DNA from: Candidatus Eremiobacteria bacterium
GTDB lineage: Bacteria; Vulcanimicrobiota; Vulcanimicrobiia; Vulcanimicrobiales; Vulcanimicrobiaceae
Length of the DNA: 64,000 nucleotides
Assembly (NCBI GenBank): GCA_963758295.1
Contig: CAVWUU010000001.1
Span: 96,001 to 160,000 of the forward strand
Direction of reading: 5' to 3'
The first letter of the stretch is position 1. Every line of letters begins with the position of its first letter. A program made the translations under genes and the position numbers. A model generated the notes under the pieces. The model was given only the letters and a program-made list of their open reading frames with translations. It was not told the DNA's origin and did no database searches. Shown here piece after piece: positions 28,759 through 38,461 of the stretch.

Positions 28759-31700
28759 TTACCAATAGAGCCGTTGCAGGGTGAAGCTAAAGCCACTCGT
28801 GCCCTGCAACGCCTCACCGACGTTCAGGCGGGAATTTGTTGTCACAATAGTCTCCGGCGTTTGGAACAGCCTGGTTGGCCCGTTCTGAAAGAAGAACGAG
28901 AGCTGCGCGCTCGTTGCATCGCTTCCCTGGAGCGCCAAGCCGAACGACTGCCGCATCGGCAAACCAAAGGTGCTCGAATAGATGAAGTTCACCGTGCGGC
29001 CAAGGACCTTTCGAGCCGAGACCCCGACGTTTCCATAGTAGTCCACGGTCAGGTTGATGTCCTGAAAACCCAGGCCCTGCGAGATGGCCGTCTCCAGCGG
29101 CGAGAGCAGGCCGGCCGTGAACTGGGTGTTCAGAATATTGAAAGCCTCTTGGCCCACGGAGATCGTTCCGCTCTGCTGAGTCGCGAGCGTGCTGCCGGGT
29201 ACGGGCTGCAGCGCGCCCAGCTGCTGGGGCGATCCCGGCGTCGTTTGATTGATTCCCGGCGTGTAGCCGATGCCGTTAATGAAGCCGCCGAAGGGCGCGA
29301 TCATCGCGAGGATCTGTTCCTTGGTGTAGCCGGGCGGGTTAGAGTCGAACGCGACCCGCAAATTCGTAACCGGACCGTCTACGTTGATCGTAATGTCCGC
29401 AGAGCCATAGGGATTCCGCGCCACGTCCGGGTCCGGGTTCGTAACGTGGGTCACACCGACCGCATGCAGGTTCGGGATCACGCCGTTGGAGGGGTCGAAG
29501 GCGACCGAAGCCTGCTGGACCCGGAATGCGCGGTCGACGTAGGTCAGCGTGCCGCCTGTCGAGGTGAAGCCGCCGCTTAAGGTCGGCGCCTTTAGGTCCC
29601 CGGCTAGGCGAACGGCGCCCGTCGCGCCGATATCGAGGCCCGCGCCCACGCCGCCGCCTCGTACGCGGACATTTCTGCCGGCCATGAGCGACAGATCGAA
29701 GCCAAGGTTGAACGGCAGACCCTGCGGCGAGGAGCCGTTCGACGACTGCGTGGCGGCTAGAAAGGCCGCGAACGGAATGGTCGCGTTATCGAGCACCGCC
29801 GCACCTTTGACGACCGCTTCGCCGTCGGGCTTTTTCGTAAGAGCCATCTTCGCTTCGATCGTCCCGCGCCCGTAGGACGGCAGATCCAGCTGCGCGCCTT
29901 TCGCGACCACGTTCACGTCGAAGCCCGTTCCCCCGGAGCCGGCGCTTTGCAGGCCTTGCGGCAACACGATTCGTCCCGAGCCGTCGACGCTTCCGGATCC
30001 GAAGTTCGCGTGCAGTTTTTCGACGGCCGCTTCAGTGCGATTGAACGTCAATGCCGTCGTGATGTCGGTGACGGGTACGCGATCGAAATCGCTTTCGTAG
30101 CTGCCCTTTGCGATCGAGAACTGGCCGAACACGCGCGGCTGTGCGCGGGTGCCTCGCAAACCAACTTCGCCGTTGATCGTTCCGCCAAGCTTTGTGTTGT
30201 TTCCGAGCAACGGTTCGAAGTCGGCCGGGTCCACCGCGTTGACGGAAAGGTCGAAGCTCATCGGCGCGTTGGGCGACGCCGCGCCGAAAGATCCGAGTTG
30301 CAACGGCAGCGTTCCGGCCAGCGTCATTTCCCCTTTGTCGAGCGCGACGCCGGCATTGCGTAATTCCAGATTGCGATCGTGTACACGAAGCTCGCCGAAC
30401 GCCGAGACGATCTTCAAGTGATACGCATCGACGTTGGTTGCGTCGAACGCCGCGTCGAACGTGGGGCGCGCGAAGCTGCCGCCTACGCGCACGGTCGATT
30501 CGAACGATCCCGTAACCGGAATCTCGTAGCGCCACAGCTGCGCGACGAAGCGCGGTAAATCCGACGTGCTGGCATGCAGGCTAAGGTCGAGCGGCGCCGT
30601 TTTCGCAAGACCAAAACTTCCTTCGGCTGTCGCCTCGATGCCGGCGGTCGTCATCTCGGCTTTGTCGATCGAAATGCGCGAACGGTTCGAGCTGAACGAA
30701 AGGCCGAACGAATCGATCGGCAAACGCCAAATGGTTCCTTGATGCAATTCAGACGTTCCGCGCAGACTCAACGCCGGATACCGCCCGGTGACGGTTGCGT
30801 CGGCATCGACATGGCCGGTAATCGGAATCTCGGGGAAACCCAAGGCCGCAACCCACGTTGAGAGATCCGCTTCGTCGAGATCCAACTGCAGGTTGTAGCG
30901 CGACTGTGTGACGACGTGTTGCCACACGGCCGACGGCGCAAGGTTGACGTTTCCTTTCGCGCGCAGCGAACCGCTGTCGCCGCCAACCGCAATCGAGCCG
31001 TGCAATAAATTGCGCCGGCTCGACCAAAACGCGCGCGTATCGCCGATCGCCAAGTTGCGATACCGGAATCCGCGCAAGTCGACGTTGCCGTTGGACACGA
31101 GGCGGTTTTGCTGCGACACGAGATTAAAGTTTACGGGCCCGTCGCCGTGCAGGGTATCGCCCGTATCAAAAAAGTTATCGAAGTCGGAGAGATGCGCGTA
31201 GGGCGCGCGGACGTGCACGCCGCTGATTTGCTGCTGTTTGCGCGCGGCAAACGTCACGCGCGTCGTGCCGACTAAAACGCTGCCGCGCCGCGCACGTACG
31301 CCGTTCGTATCGGCCGAGATCATAGCCGACGCATCGACGAACGAAAGACCGTTTACGTCGCCCGCGGGCACGCGCATCTCGCCCGTCACGCTTGGCTTCA
31401 ATCCCGAGCCGCCGATCGTCATCGATCCGTTGAACGTGCCTTCCGTGTTATAGGCAGGCAATTGAAGCGTCTGCAAAATGCGCCCGATGTCGCCCGCCGG
31501 AACGTCCGTGCGTAAATCGTACGACGGCGTTCCCGACGTCAACGTTCCGAGCGTTCCGGACGCCAGTGTGTAGGTTCCATTGAGTCCGCCGACGGCGTGA
31601 TCGAGCTGCGCGCGATCGCCGCCCAAATGCACGAGGCTGCTACCGGCGATGTGATATTGCTGCATGCGGCCGTTGGCGATTGCTACACCGCCGTCGAAGC

Positions 31701-33996
31701 GCGGCAACGGCGAATCGCCGCCGAGATCTCCGCTCGCATCCACGCTTCCATCTTCCAGCGGCAAACCGATGCCATGCAAACCGGCGCCGTGCAATCCCCT
31801 CGCCACGAGCGAGAGCGCCTTCGGTCCAGGCCGATTGCTCGTGTCGTAGGAGCCCGCTGCAACGATGTCGCCGCCGGCGATTGTCGCGTGCGCGCTATAG
31901 ACGCGCAGCGTGCCGCCCGCAATCGCTAACGTTCCCGTTGCCTGTGAAATGGGAATGCCGCGAATCGAGGCGTCGTGCAGAGCAACGTTTTCGGCTTGCA
32001 CGGTGATGTCGTTAGGGGCGATCGCAATGGCAACTGGGCCGTCGATGCCGCCTTGTGCAGGCGTATTTGCGAGGAACGGACGCAAGCCGGTCAACGAGCC
32101 TTTGTATGCGCCCCGTAAGTACAGGGTGTGTTTCGCATACTGTCCGGAAGCCGCAATCGTTCCCCACGGCCCGCTCGCGTGAACCGGCGCGATGCCAAGA
32201 TTCGAAAGCGTGCCGGCAAAGCGCGCGTCCAACGAATCGATGCGCACGCCGGCGATGCGCGCAGCATGCGCCTGCACTTGCCCCGCCGCAACGGCGCCGT
32301 AGCCGCTCGGTCCGCCGCCCGTGAAGACGGCCTTGTCGATCGTCGCCTCGATCGGCGGCATCGCCGGCAACGCGACGTTCAAGAACGAAACGTGTTGCGG
32401 CGTATGCACGCGGAAACCGTCGCTCGCAATCCAATAAGCGCTGGCATTTGTTCTGCGGTCCAAGTGATACGCGCCCGCCAGCGTGCCGCGTTCGGTTTGA
32501 ATCCAGACCGGCGAAACCGTGATGATGCCTTGCGGCTCGAAATCGAACGCCGCCGAGAGCCGGTCCGGCCCGTTCATGGACGCGAGCGCACCGTGCGCAT
32601 GAAAGGTGGTGTCATGCCCATCCAGGATCGCATCCGCAACGAGCGGTTCGGTGCCGAGGAGCTCGCCCGCGTATGGCAGCCGGTCGGCGGGCGCTTCCAT
32701 ATGGAACGCGAGTTCCGAATGCAGCGGCGTTCCGGTCGTTAACATGCCTCGCAACGATACGTTGACGCCGCCCGTGTGAGCGCTGAGCGGCGAGAAGAAC
32801 ACTTTTCCTTGGTCGTACGAAATCGCGGCATGCACGTCGTGCAACGGAATGTTTTGATAGGCGGCGTTCGTTGCGTCGGCGTTTGCCACGATCACCGGCG
32901 AATCGAGCGGGCCTTCGATCAGCACGCCGAGCTTCACGCTGCCCCCAATCGGCTGCGTGTTCATGAAGGCGAACGCCGTCTTCAGCTTGCGCAAATCTCC
33001 GGACGCCGTAACGCCGAGCCTGTATTGCGGCGATGCAAAGTTGTAGATGGCGCCCGTGATATGCACCGGCATTCCCGCGAGGGTGCCGTTTACGTTGTTG
33101 ATGACAAAGGCGTCATCCACTAACTTCAGCCGGCCCGCGATGTCGCCGAGCGGCTTTGCCAAACCGATCACGGAGATTCCGCCGTGCGCGATATCGAGCG
33201 ACAAGCCCGTGTGATACGTCACCGGCCGGTACCGTTGCACGTCGAGGGCGTAGATATGCACGTCCAGATTCGAAGCCGAGCCGCCGAGAATTCGCGCGGC
33301 ATGGGAATTGATGAAGTAGTTCGCAATCGCGCGCATCGGAAGCGCCGCCGCGAAAATGTGGTGCATCGCGTAGCCGCGATCCATGTCGATGGTCCCGATA
33401 GCCGTAAACGGCTCGTCGGGGTGCTCCACGAACGCACCGGTCAACGTGTAGTGCGTGCGGGCATCGGTATTAATCACCGCATCGAGATCGACGTTGTGCA
33501 CGCCGATGCTACGGGCTCCGGGATCGATCGTGTACGGCGCCCGAACTTGCCCCGCTGCACCGCGAATGCGGACGGTCAACGAGATCGGCACATGGTTAAT
33601 GGGCTGTGGGCCGATCGGCGCCGGGCCGGCCCCCGACGGGAACGTTACGTTATAGCTTCCGTCTTTATGCCGCACGAGCGTGAGGGTCGGCCGGTCGATC
33701 GTAATAGCGCTCACGCCGTACCGGTGCTTGCTGCCGGGGAGCAGGTCGCGCAGCGAATAGGCGACGTCGATCCGCTCGGCGTCCAGTACGGGCTCGCCCT
33801 TCTTGCTGACGTGAACGTGGAGCAATGCGCCGTGGTGCGCCGTGAAGTGCTCGTCGCCGATGGTCACGTCGTAACCGGTGGCCAAACCGATAACACGGGG
33901 GAGCAAAGAAGACACGACCGCATGACGCGCAGCCACGAGGATCGCAGCGATCAAAACCAGCGCCGCCACGACGCCGACGACTACTCCCTTGCGCAA
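28759..33996 (-). CDS. tamB: TamB/AsmA-like translocation-assembly protein
   Basis: 1745 aa, N-terminal TM anchor, repeated beta-taco strands, C-terminal DUF490-like FDSNPPGYTKEQILAM; directly upstream of bamA. Confidence 0.88.
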   Translation of the reverse strand: MRKGVVVGVVAALVLIAAILVAARHAVVSSLLPRVIGLATGYDVTIGDEHFTAHHGALLHVHVSKKGEPVLDAERIDVAYSLRDLLPGSKHRYGVSAITIDRPTLTLVRHKDGSYNVTFPSGAGPAPIGPQPINHVPISLTVRIRGAAGQVRAPYTIDPGARSIGVHNVDLDAVINTDARTHYTLTGAFVEHPDEPFTAIGTIDMDRGYAMHHIFAAALPMRAIANYFINSHAARILGGSASNLDVHIYALDVQRYRPVTYHTGLSLDIAHGGISVIGLAKPLGDIAGRLKLVDDAFVINNVNGTLAGMPVHITGAIYNFASPQYRLGVTASGDLRKLKTAFAFMNTQPIGGSVKLGVLIEGPLDSPVIVANADATNAAYQNIPLHDVHAAISYDQGKVFFSPLSAHTGGVNVSLRGMLTTGTPLHSELAFHMEAPADRLPYAGELLGTEPLVADAILDGHDTTFHAHGALASMNGPDRLSAAFDFEPQGIITVSPVWIQTERGTLAGAYHLDRRTNASAYWIASDGFRVHTPQHVSFLNVALPAMPPIEATIDKAVFTGGGPSGYGAVAAGQVQAHAARIAGVRIDSLDARFAGTLSNLGIAPVHASGPWGTIAASGQYAKHTLYLRGAYKGSLTGLRPFLANTPAQGGIDGPVAIAIAPNDITVQAENVALHDASIRGIPISQATGTLAIAGGTLRVYSAHATIAGGDIVAAGSYDTSNRPGPKALSLVARGLHGAGLHGIGLPLEDGSVDASGDLGGDSPLPRFDGGVAIANGRMQQYHIAGSSLVHLGGDRAQLDHAVGGLNGTYTLASGTLGTLTSGTPSYDLRTDVPAGDIGRILQTLQLPAYNTEGTFNGSMTIGGSGLKPSVTGEMRVPAGDVNGLSFVDASAMISADTNGVRARRGSVLVGTTRVTFAARKQQQISGVHVRAPYAHLSDFDNFFDTGDTLHGDGPVNFNLVSQQNRLVSNGNVDLRGFRYRNLAIGDTRAFWSSRRNLLHGSIAVGGDSGSLRAKGNVNLAPSAVWQHVVTQSRYNLQLDLDEADLSTWVAALGFPEIPITGHVDADATVTGRYPALSLRGTSELHQGTIWRLPIDSFGLSFSSNRSRISIDKAEMTTAGIEATAEGSFGLAKTAPLDLSLHASTSDLPRFVAQLWRYEIPVTGSFESTVRVGGSFARPTFDAAFDATNVDAYHLKIVSAFGELRVHDRNLELRNAGVALDKGEMTLAGTLPLQLGSFGAASPNAPMSFDLSVNAVDPADFEPLLGNNTKLGGTINGEVGLRGTRAQPRVFGQFSIAKGSYESDFDRVPVTDITTALTFNRTEAAVEKLHANFGSGSVDGSGRIVLPQGLQSAGSGGTGFDVNVVAKGAQLDLPSYGRGTIEAKMALTKKPDGEAVVKGAAVLDNATIPFAAFLAATQSSNGSSPQGLPFNLGFDLSLMAGRNVRVRGGGVGAGLDIGATGAVRLAGDLKAPTLSGGFTSTGGTLTYVDRAFRVQQASVAFDPSNGVIPNLHAVGVTHVTNPDPDVARNPYGSADITINVDGPVTNLRVAFDSNPPGYTKEQILAMIAPFGGFINGIGYTPGINQTTPGSPQQLGALQPVPGSTLATQQSGTISVGQEAFNILNTQFTAGLLSPLETAISQGLGFQDINLTVDYYGNVGVSARKVLGRTVNFIYSSTFGLPMRQSFGLALQGSDATSAQLSFFFQNGPTRLFQTPETIVTTNSRLNVGEALQGTSGFSFTLQRLYW

Positions 33997-34127
33997 ACTC
34001 CCTCCACGCTGGCGGATATACCCCTAACGAACCTAGTGGCCTTCTGGTGCCCCGCGGCGTTGGTGAGAGAAAGAGGTCGTCAGACGATTGCGCCTGGCAT
34101 GGCGAACTATGGCGTGAACGCCTCCGA

Positions 34128-34360
34128 TCATCCTGAGCGTGTCGAAGGACAAGCGCATTGCGCCGATCGCCCTCTCGTCGAATCATGAGCGATCGCGTTT
34201 TATGAGTAACCGGAGTGCATGCGCGCCTATGGTCCGACAAGCTCACCATGACGATATGGCGGTCCTATGGCTCGACGAGCTCCCGATGGCGCTGCGCGTG
34301 CGTCGCGGCGCGTCGAGCTGACCATGGTGCATGTTGGGCCGCCGTTCGACAAGGCGTCAC
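34128..34360. repeat. Cluster of REP-like repeats (core TCGACAAGCTCA) in the gyrB-tamB spacer
   Basis: TCATCCTGAGCGTGTCGAAGGAC at 34128-34150; an oppositely oriented ATGGTCCGACAAGCTCACCATGAC at 34229-34252; decayed copies near 34265, 34310 and 34342. Confidence 0.7.
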
Positions 34361-34367
34361 AAAAGTA

Positions 34368-34390
34368 AAGAGCCGCGGAAAGCGGCTCTT
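34368..34390 (-). terminator. Intrinsic terminator after gyrB
   Basis: AAGAGCCGC-GGAAA-GCGGCTCTT hairpin; T-rich tail on the minus strand. Confidence 0.8.
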
Positions 34391-34409
34391 TACGGGTGGC
34401 AGACCGCAG

Positions 34410-36314
34410 TTACAGGTCCAGGTTTTTAACGGATTTGGCGTAGTCGAAAATATATTGTTTGCGGGGTTCGACTTTGTCGCCCATGAGGTCGGTGAAGATC
34501 TGTTCGGCTTCAACGGCGTCTTCGACGGTGATTTGCTTCAGACGGCGAGAGCCGATTTCCATCGTCGTTTCAGCGAGCTGCTCGGCGTCCATTTCGCCCA
34601 AGCCCTTGTACTGCTGAATCGCGAAGTCTTTCGGATCTGCATCGCCGAGCACGTTCTTGAGATCGGCCTCGCTGAACGCCCACCACTGTTTCTTGCCCTT
34701 CTTAATGCCGTAGAGCGGCGGCTGCGCAATGTAGACGTGGCCTTCTTCCACCAGCGGCTTCATCTGGCGATAGAAAAACGTTAGAAGCAGCGTCCGGATG
34801 TGCGAACCGTCGACGTCGGCGTCGGTCATGATGATGATCTTGTGATAGCGCAGTTTGGCGACGTCGAACTCGCTGCCGAAGCCGGTCCCGAACGCGGTGA
34901 TCATCGTCCGAATTTCTTCGTTGCCGAGCACTTTGTCCAGACGCGCTTTTTCGACGTTCAGAATTTTGCCGCGAAGCGGAAGAATCGCCTGGTTGTTCGG
35001 ATCGCGGCCACCCTTCGCCGTGCCGCCGGCGGAGTCGCCTTCCACCAAAAAGATCTCGCTCTCGGCCGGATTGTTGTTCTTGCAATCGACCAGTTTGCCG
35101 GGCAGGCCCGAACCCTCGAGCGCGTTCTTGCGGCGCGATAAATCGCGCGCTTTCTTTGCGGCTTCGCGGGCGCGTTGCGCCTGCATGCACTTCTCGATGA
35201 TGACGCGCGCGACTTTCGGATTCTCTTCGAAGAAGAAATCCAAACGTTCGTTCATCAAACCGTACACGATGCTGCGAACCTTGGCGTTGCCGAGCTTGGT
35301 CTTCGTCTGGCCTTCGAATTGCGGCTCTTGCAGTTTCACCGAAACGACGGCGGTGAGGCCTTCCAGGATGTCGTCGGTCGAGAGGGAGCCGTCCGATTCT
35401 TTCAGCATGCCCTTTTTCTTCGCGTACGAGTTCACGGCTTGCGTTACCGCCTGCCGGAATCCCTGAAGGTGCATGCCGCCTTCGATCGTGTTGATATTGT
35501 TCGCGTAGCTGAAGATTTGCTCGCTATACGCGTCGGTGTACTGCATCGCCACTTCGACGTCGACGTTGTCGCGTTCGGCGTGCGTGGATACGACCGGATG
35601 CAGCGAATCTTTCTTCTCGTTGAGCCATTCGACGAACGAAACGATGCCGCCGTCGAACTTGTACGTCCGCTCGCGCGGTTCTTCGGCGCGCTCGTCGCGC
35701 AGCGTGATCGAAAGGCCGCGATTCAAAAACGCGAGCTCACGCAAACGCTTTTGCAGAACGTCCCAGTGATATTCCGTCGTTTCGAAAACTTCCGGATCGG
35801 CTTTCCATTGCTGGAACGTGCCGGTCGAACCGTCGGTGGCCTTGCCGATCTTCTTCAGCTTCTGCGTCGTGATGCCGCGCTCGAATCGCATCTCGTAGAG
35901 GTTGCCGTCGCGCTTGATGCGCGTGACCATCCACTCGGAGAGCGCGTTAACGACGGAGATGCCGACGCCGTGAAGGCCGCCGGAAACTTTATAACCGCCT
36001 TTGCCGAACTTGCCGCCGGCGTGCAGGATCGTCATGACGACTTCTACGGCAGGCAACTTCTCTTCGGCATGTACGTCGACGGGAATGCCGCGGCCGTCGT
36101 CTTCGACCGAAGCTGAACCGTCTTTATACATCGTGACCGCGACGTTTTTCGCGTGTCCCGCGAGCGCTTCGTCGACGGCGTTATCGACAGCTTCGTACAC
36201 CAGCTGATGCAGCCCGCGCTCCGAAGTGTTGCCGATGTACATGCCGGGGCGCTTGCGTACCGCTTCGAGCCCCTTCAGTACTTCGATTTGTTCGCCAGTG
36301 TAATTACTCGACAT
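34410..36314 (-). CDS. gyrB: DNA gyrase subunit B (short form)
   Basis: GLEAVRKRPGMYIG, EAVDNAVDE, VEGDSAGG, PLRGK, MTDADVDG, YKGLGEM. Start set at ATG 36314. Confidence 0.97.
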   Translation of the reverse strand: MSSNYTGEQIEVLKGLEAVRKRPGMYIGNTSERGLHQLVYEAVDNAVDEALAGHAKNVAVTMYKDGSASVEDDGRGIPVDVHAEEKLPAVEVVMTILHAGGKFGKGGYKVSGGLHGVGISVVNALSEWMVTRIKRDGNLYEMRFERGITTQKLKKIGKATDGSTGTFQQWKADPEVFETTEYHWDVLQKRLRELAFLNRGLSITLRDERAEEPRERTYKFDGGIVSFVEWLNEKKDSLHPVVSTHAERDNVDVEVAMQYTDAYSEQIFSYANNINTIEGGMHLQGFRQAVTQAVNSYAKKKGMLKESDGSLSTDDILEGLTAVVSVKLQEPQFEGQTKTKLGNAKVRSIVYGLMNERLDFFFEENPKVARVIIEKCMQAQRAREAAKKARDLSRRKNALEGSGLPGKLVDCKNNNPAESEIFLVEGDSAGGTAKGGRDPNNQAILPLRGKILNVEKARLDKVLGNEEIRTMITAFGTGFGSEFDVAKLRYHKIIIMTDADVDGSHIRTLLLTFFYRQMKPLVEEGHVYIAQPPLYGIKKGKKQWWAFSEADLKNVLGDADPKDFAIQQYKGLGEMDAEQLAETTMEIGSRRLKQITVEDAVEAEQIFTDLMGDKVEPRKQYIFDYAKSVKNLDL

Positions 36315-37170
36315 TCGTTTTGCTCGTAGGTTCCGTTCCGTAAATGAGATCGTGCAGCTCGTCACCGAGCACGTTGCGCACCGTTGCCGGTCCGATCCGT
36401 TCGGGCGCCAAGCCGCTCTTCAAAATGACGAACGAACTTGCCACCAATCGCTCGCGCCGGTCTTGCGAAAGCTTTCCGGAAAAGCGCGCTCGAGACAACG
36501 TTTGCCACCATCGTGCCAAGACGCGACGGCGGATCGCCTCGTACTCTGCCGGACTCAAATCCGCAACTAACCCCGCGATGCCCGCATACCCAAGCCACGG
36601 CGCTTCAAAGAGCAGCCGCGACACCAGACACAGCCGTTCTTCGTCTCGTGCGTTGGCGCACGGAACGCAGAAGGGGCCGGAACTGGGGGCGATGAGGGCC
36701 GTGCAGCCCGCGCATTCATTCCACCCGGCGGCCCGCTTTGCCCGCTGAGCGCCCGTGACGTCGGCGCGAAAGCGTTCGACCGCCGAATCTAAATCCTCGG
36801 ACGGCGGGCGCGATGACGGCGCGCTGCTGTTCGGTATAACCCGTCCGCGCCCCGATCGGATGCTCGGTTGCGCCGGCAGCTTTCCAATGCGGAAGCGCAG
36901 CCGTTCGATGCCGCAGGCGGGCAGGCGCGCGCGAATACCGGCGACGATCGGTTCCGTGAGGAAACTGAGTTGCTGGCTCCACGCGCTGGATCGTGTCGTA
37001 ACGACCAACGCATCGCCTTGAATCTGGCTCGGATGCGAATTCTTTGCGACGTCGGGTCCGACGATGTCGGTCCAGCCGGCCGCAATCAGCACGATAGGCT
37101 CGGTCGCCTGCGACGACTGCTGCCCCTCACCGGGCGCCCAGCTGCCAAGCGCTTGGCGCAGTTTTAGCAC
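36304..37170 (-). CDS. DciA/DUF721 protein with zinc ribbon and extra helical tail
   Basis: W..IVG..VA, SSAWSQQL; CAGC…CVPC; lies between recF and gyrB. Confidence 0.85.
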   Translation of the reverse strand: MLKLRQALGSWAPGEGQQSSQATEPIVLIAAGWTDIVGPDVAKNSHPSQIQGDALVVTTRSSAWSQQLSFLTEPIVAGIRARLPACGIERLRFRIGKLPAQPSIRSGRGRVIPNSSAPSSRPPSEDLDSAVERFRADVTGAQRAKRAAGWNECAGCTALIAPSSGPFCVPCANARDEERLCLVSRLLFEAPWLGYAGIAGLVADLSPAEYEAIRRRVLARWWQTLSRARFSGKLSQDRRERLVASSFVILKSGLAPERIGPATVRNVLGDELHDLIYGTEPTSKTNVE

Positions 37171-38267
37171 CGTGCGACCTCGGCTTGTTGAATGCGATAG
37201 ATCGCGGCTGCTTCGGGCAAGCTGCCCGGTAGATGGGTGGCCGTGACAAAGGCCTGCTCGTAGCCGCCAACGCCTGCCAGGAATGCTGCGGCTCGCGCTT
37301 CATCCAATTCCGATAGAACGTCGTCAAGCAGGAGTAGCGGAGCTTCATTGGCTCGATCGCGCATAACGGAGTATTCGGCAACCTTTAGGGCCAGCACCGC
37401 CGTCCGCTGCTGTCCTTGCGATCCATATGCGGCAAGCGAGCTGCCGTTCAACGCGAGGGCAAGGTCGTCGCGATGCGGTCCCGCCAGAGCCATCTTGCGC
37501 TGCCGCTCTTGATCCCGTACCTCAAGCAGCCGCGTTTCTAATGCGCCGGCTACCGCGTCGCCCGTCGGCGCATCGAACGTCACGTTCGGAGCGTATCGCA
37601 CCTCGAGTCGCTCCGCTTCGCGCGTCCATTGCGCGTGTGTCTTCTCTGCTTCACGCGCAAGCTCGGTGATGAAATGATTGCGCGTTAGTATTACGTACGT
37701 GCCGGCTTCTACCAGCGTGTGATTGTAGATTTCAAATAATTCCGGATCGAACGTTACGAGCCCACGTAACATGGCTGATTTTTGCTGCAACGCTTTTTGA
37801 TAACGCGCAAGCTCGTGGTAGTACTGGCGATCTTCCTGGGCGAGCGCGACGTTCAATAAGCCGCGACGCAATGACGGCGATCCGCCGACGAGTTGTAAAT
37901 CGGCCGGAACGAATGTCACGACGCGAATGCTTCCAAGAAAGCGCGCGTAGCGGACGCCCTGTCCGTTGATCGTGTACTGCTTGCGCGTACTGCGCGGCGT
38001 TTTAGAAACGGCGCAACCGAGATGCACGATGCCGGCGCGCACGCGCGCATCTCCACGCACGACCCCAAGCTCCAATCCCTCGCGCACAAGATCGCCGTCT
38101 TTGCTCGTGCGAAATGATTTGCCCGTGCCGAGCATTGCGATAGCCTCGAGCAAGTTACTCTTCCCCTGCGCGTTGGCACCGACGAACACGTTCAAGCCGC
38201 TCACCGGCTCGAGATCGAGTTCGGCGTAGTTCCGGAAGTTCGACAGCGCTACGTGTTCGAGTTGCAT
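37164..38267 (-). CDS. recF: DNA replication/repair protein RecF
   Basis: NFRNY, GANAQGKSNLLEAI, GPHRDDL, GSQGQQRT, LLLDDVLSELD. Confidence 0.98.
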   Translation of the reverse strand: MQLEHVALSNFRNYAELDLEPVSGLNVFVGANAQGKSNLLEAIAMLGTGKSFRTSKDGDLVREGLELGVVRGDARVRAGIVHLGCAVSKTPRSTRKQYTINGQGVRYARFLGSIRVVTFVPADLQLVGGSPSLRRGLLNVALAQEDRQYYHELARYQKALQQKSAMLRGLVTFDPELFEIYNHTLVEAGTYVILTRNHFITELAREAEKTHAQWTREAERLEVRYAPNVTFDAPTGDAVAGALETRLLEVRDQERQRKMALAGPHRDDLALALNGSSLAAYGSQGQQRTAVLALKVAEYSVMRDRANEAPLLLLDDVLSELDEARAAAFLAGVGGYEQAFVTATHLPGSLPEAAAIYRIQQAEVARC

Positions 38268-38322
38268 CTAATCGCGAGCAACGGCAGCGGCGCGAAGCAC
38301 GCGCAGTCCGCTCAGGAGCTGC

Positions 38323-38444
38323 GTCATCCCGGGCCCGTCGAGGGACGTGCGCATACCGTCTTTGCCAAACGAAAAAGCCACACTGGTATGTGGCTCGTTC
38401 GCTATATCCGGTATGCGCCCGTCCTTCGACAAGCTCAGGATGAC
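38323..38444. repeat. REP-doublet/MITE-like element: 36-bp imperfect inverted repeat around a 50-bp spacer with an internal hairpin
   Basis: 38323-38358 matches the reverse complement of 38409-38444 at 30/36. The spacer contains AGCCACA-CTGGTA-TGTGGCT. Confidence 0.8.
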
Positions 38445-38461
38445 CAAGGCAAATCAGCCGT

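Noticed and set aside
34128..34360. Possible CRISPR array
   Set aside because: Repeats are degenerate, mixed in orientation and irregularly spaced, and no cas genes are present; REP-like fits better.
34391..34410. Absence of gyrA after gyrB
   Set aside because: Split gyrA and gyrB loci are common; gyrA is probably elsewhere in the genome.
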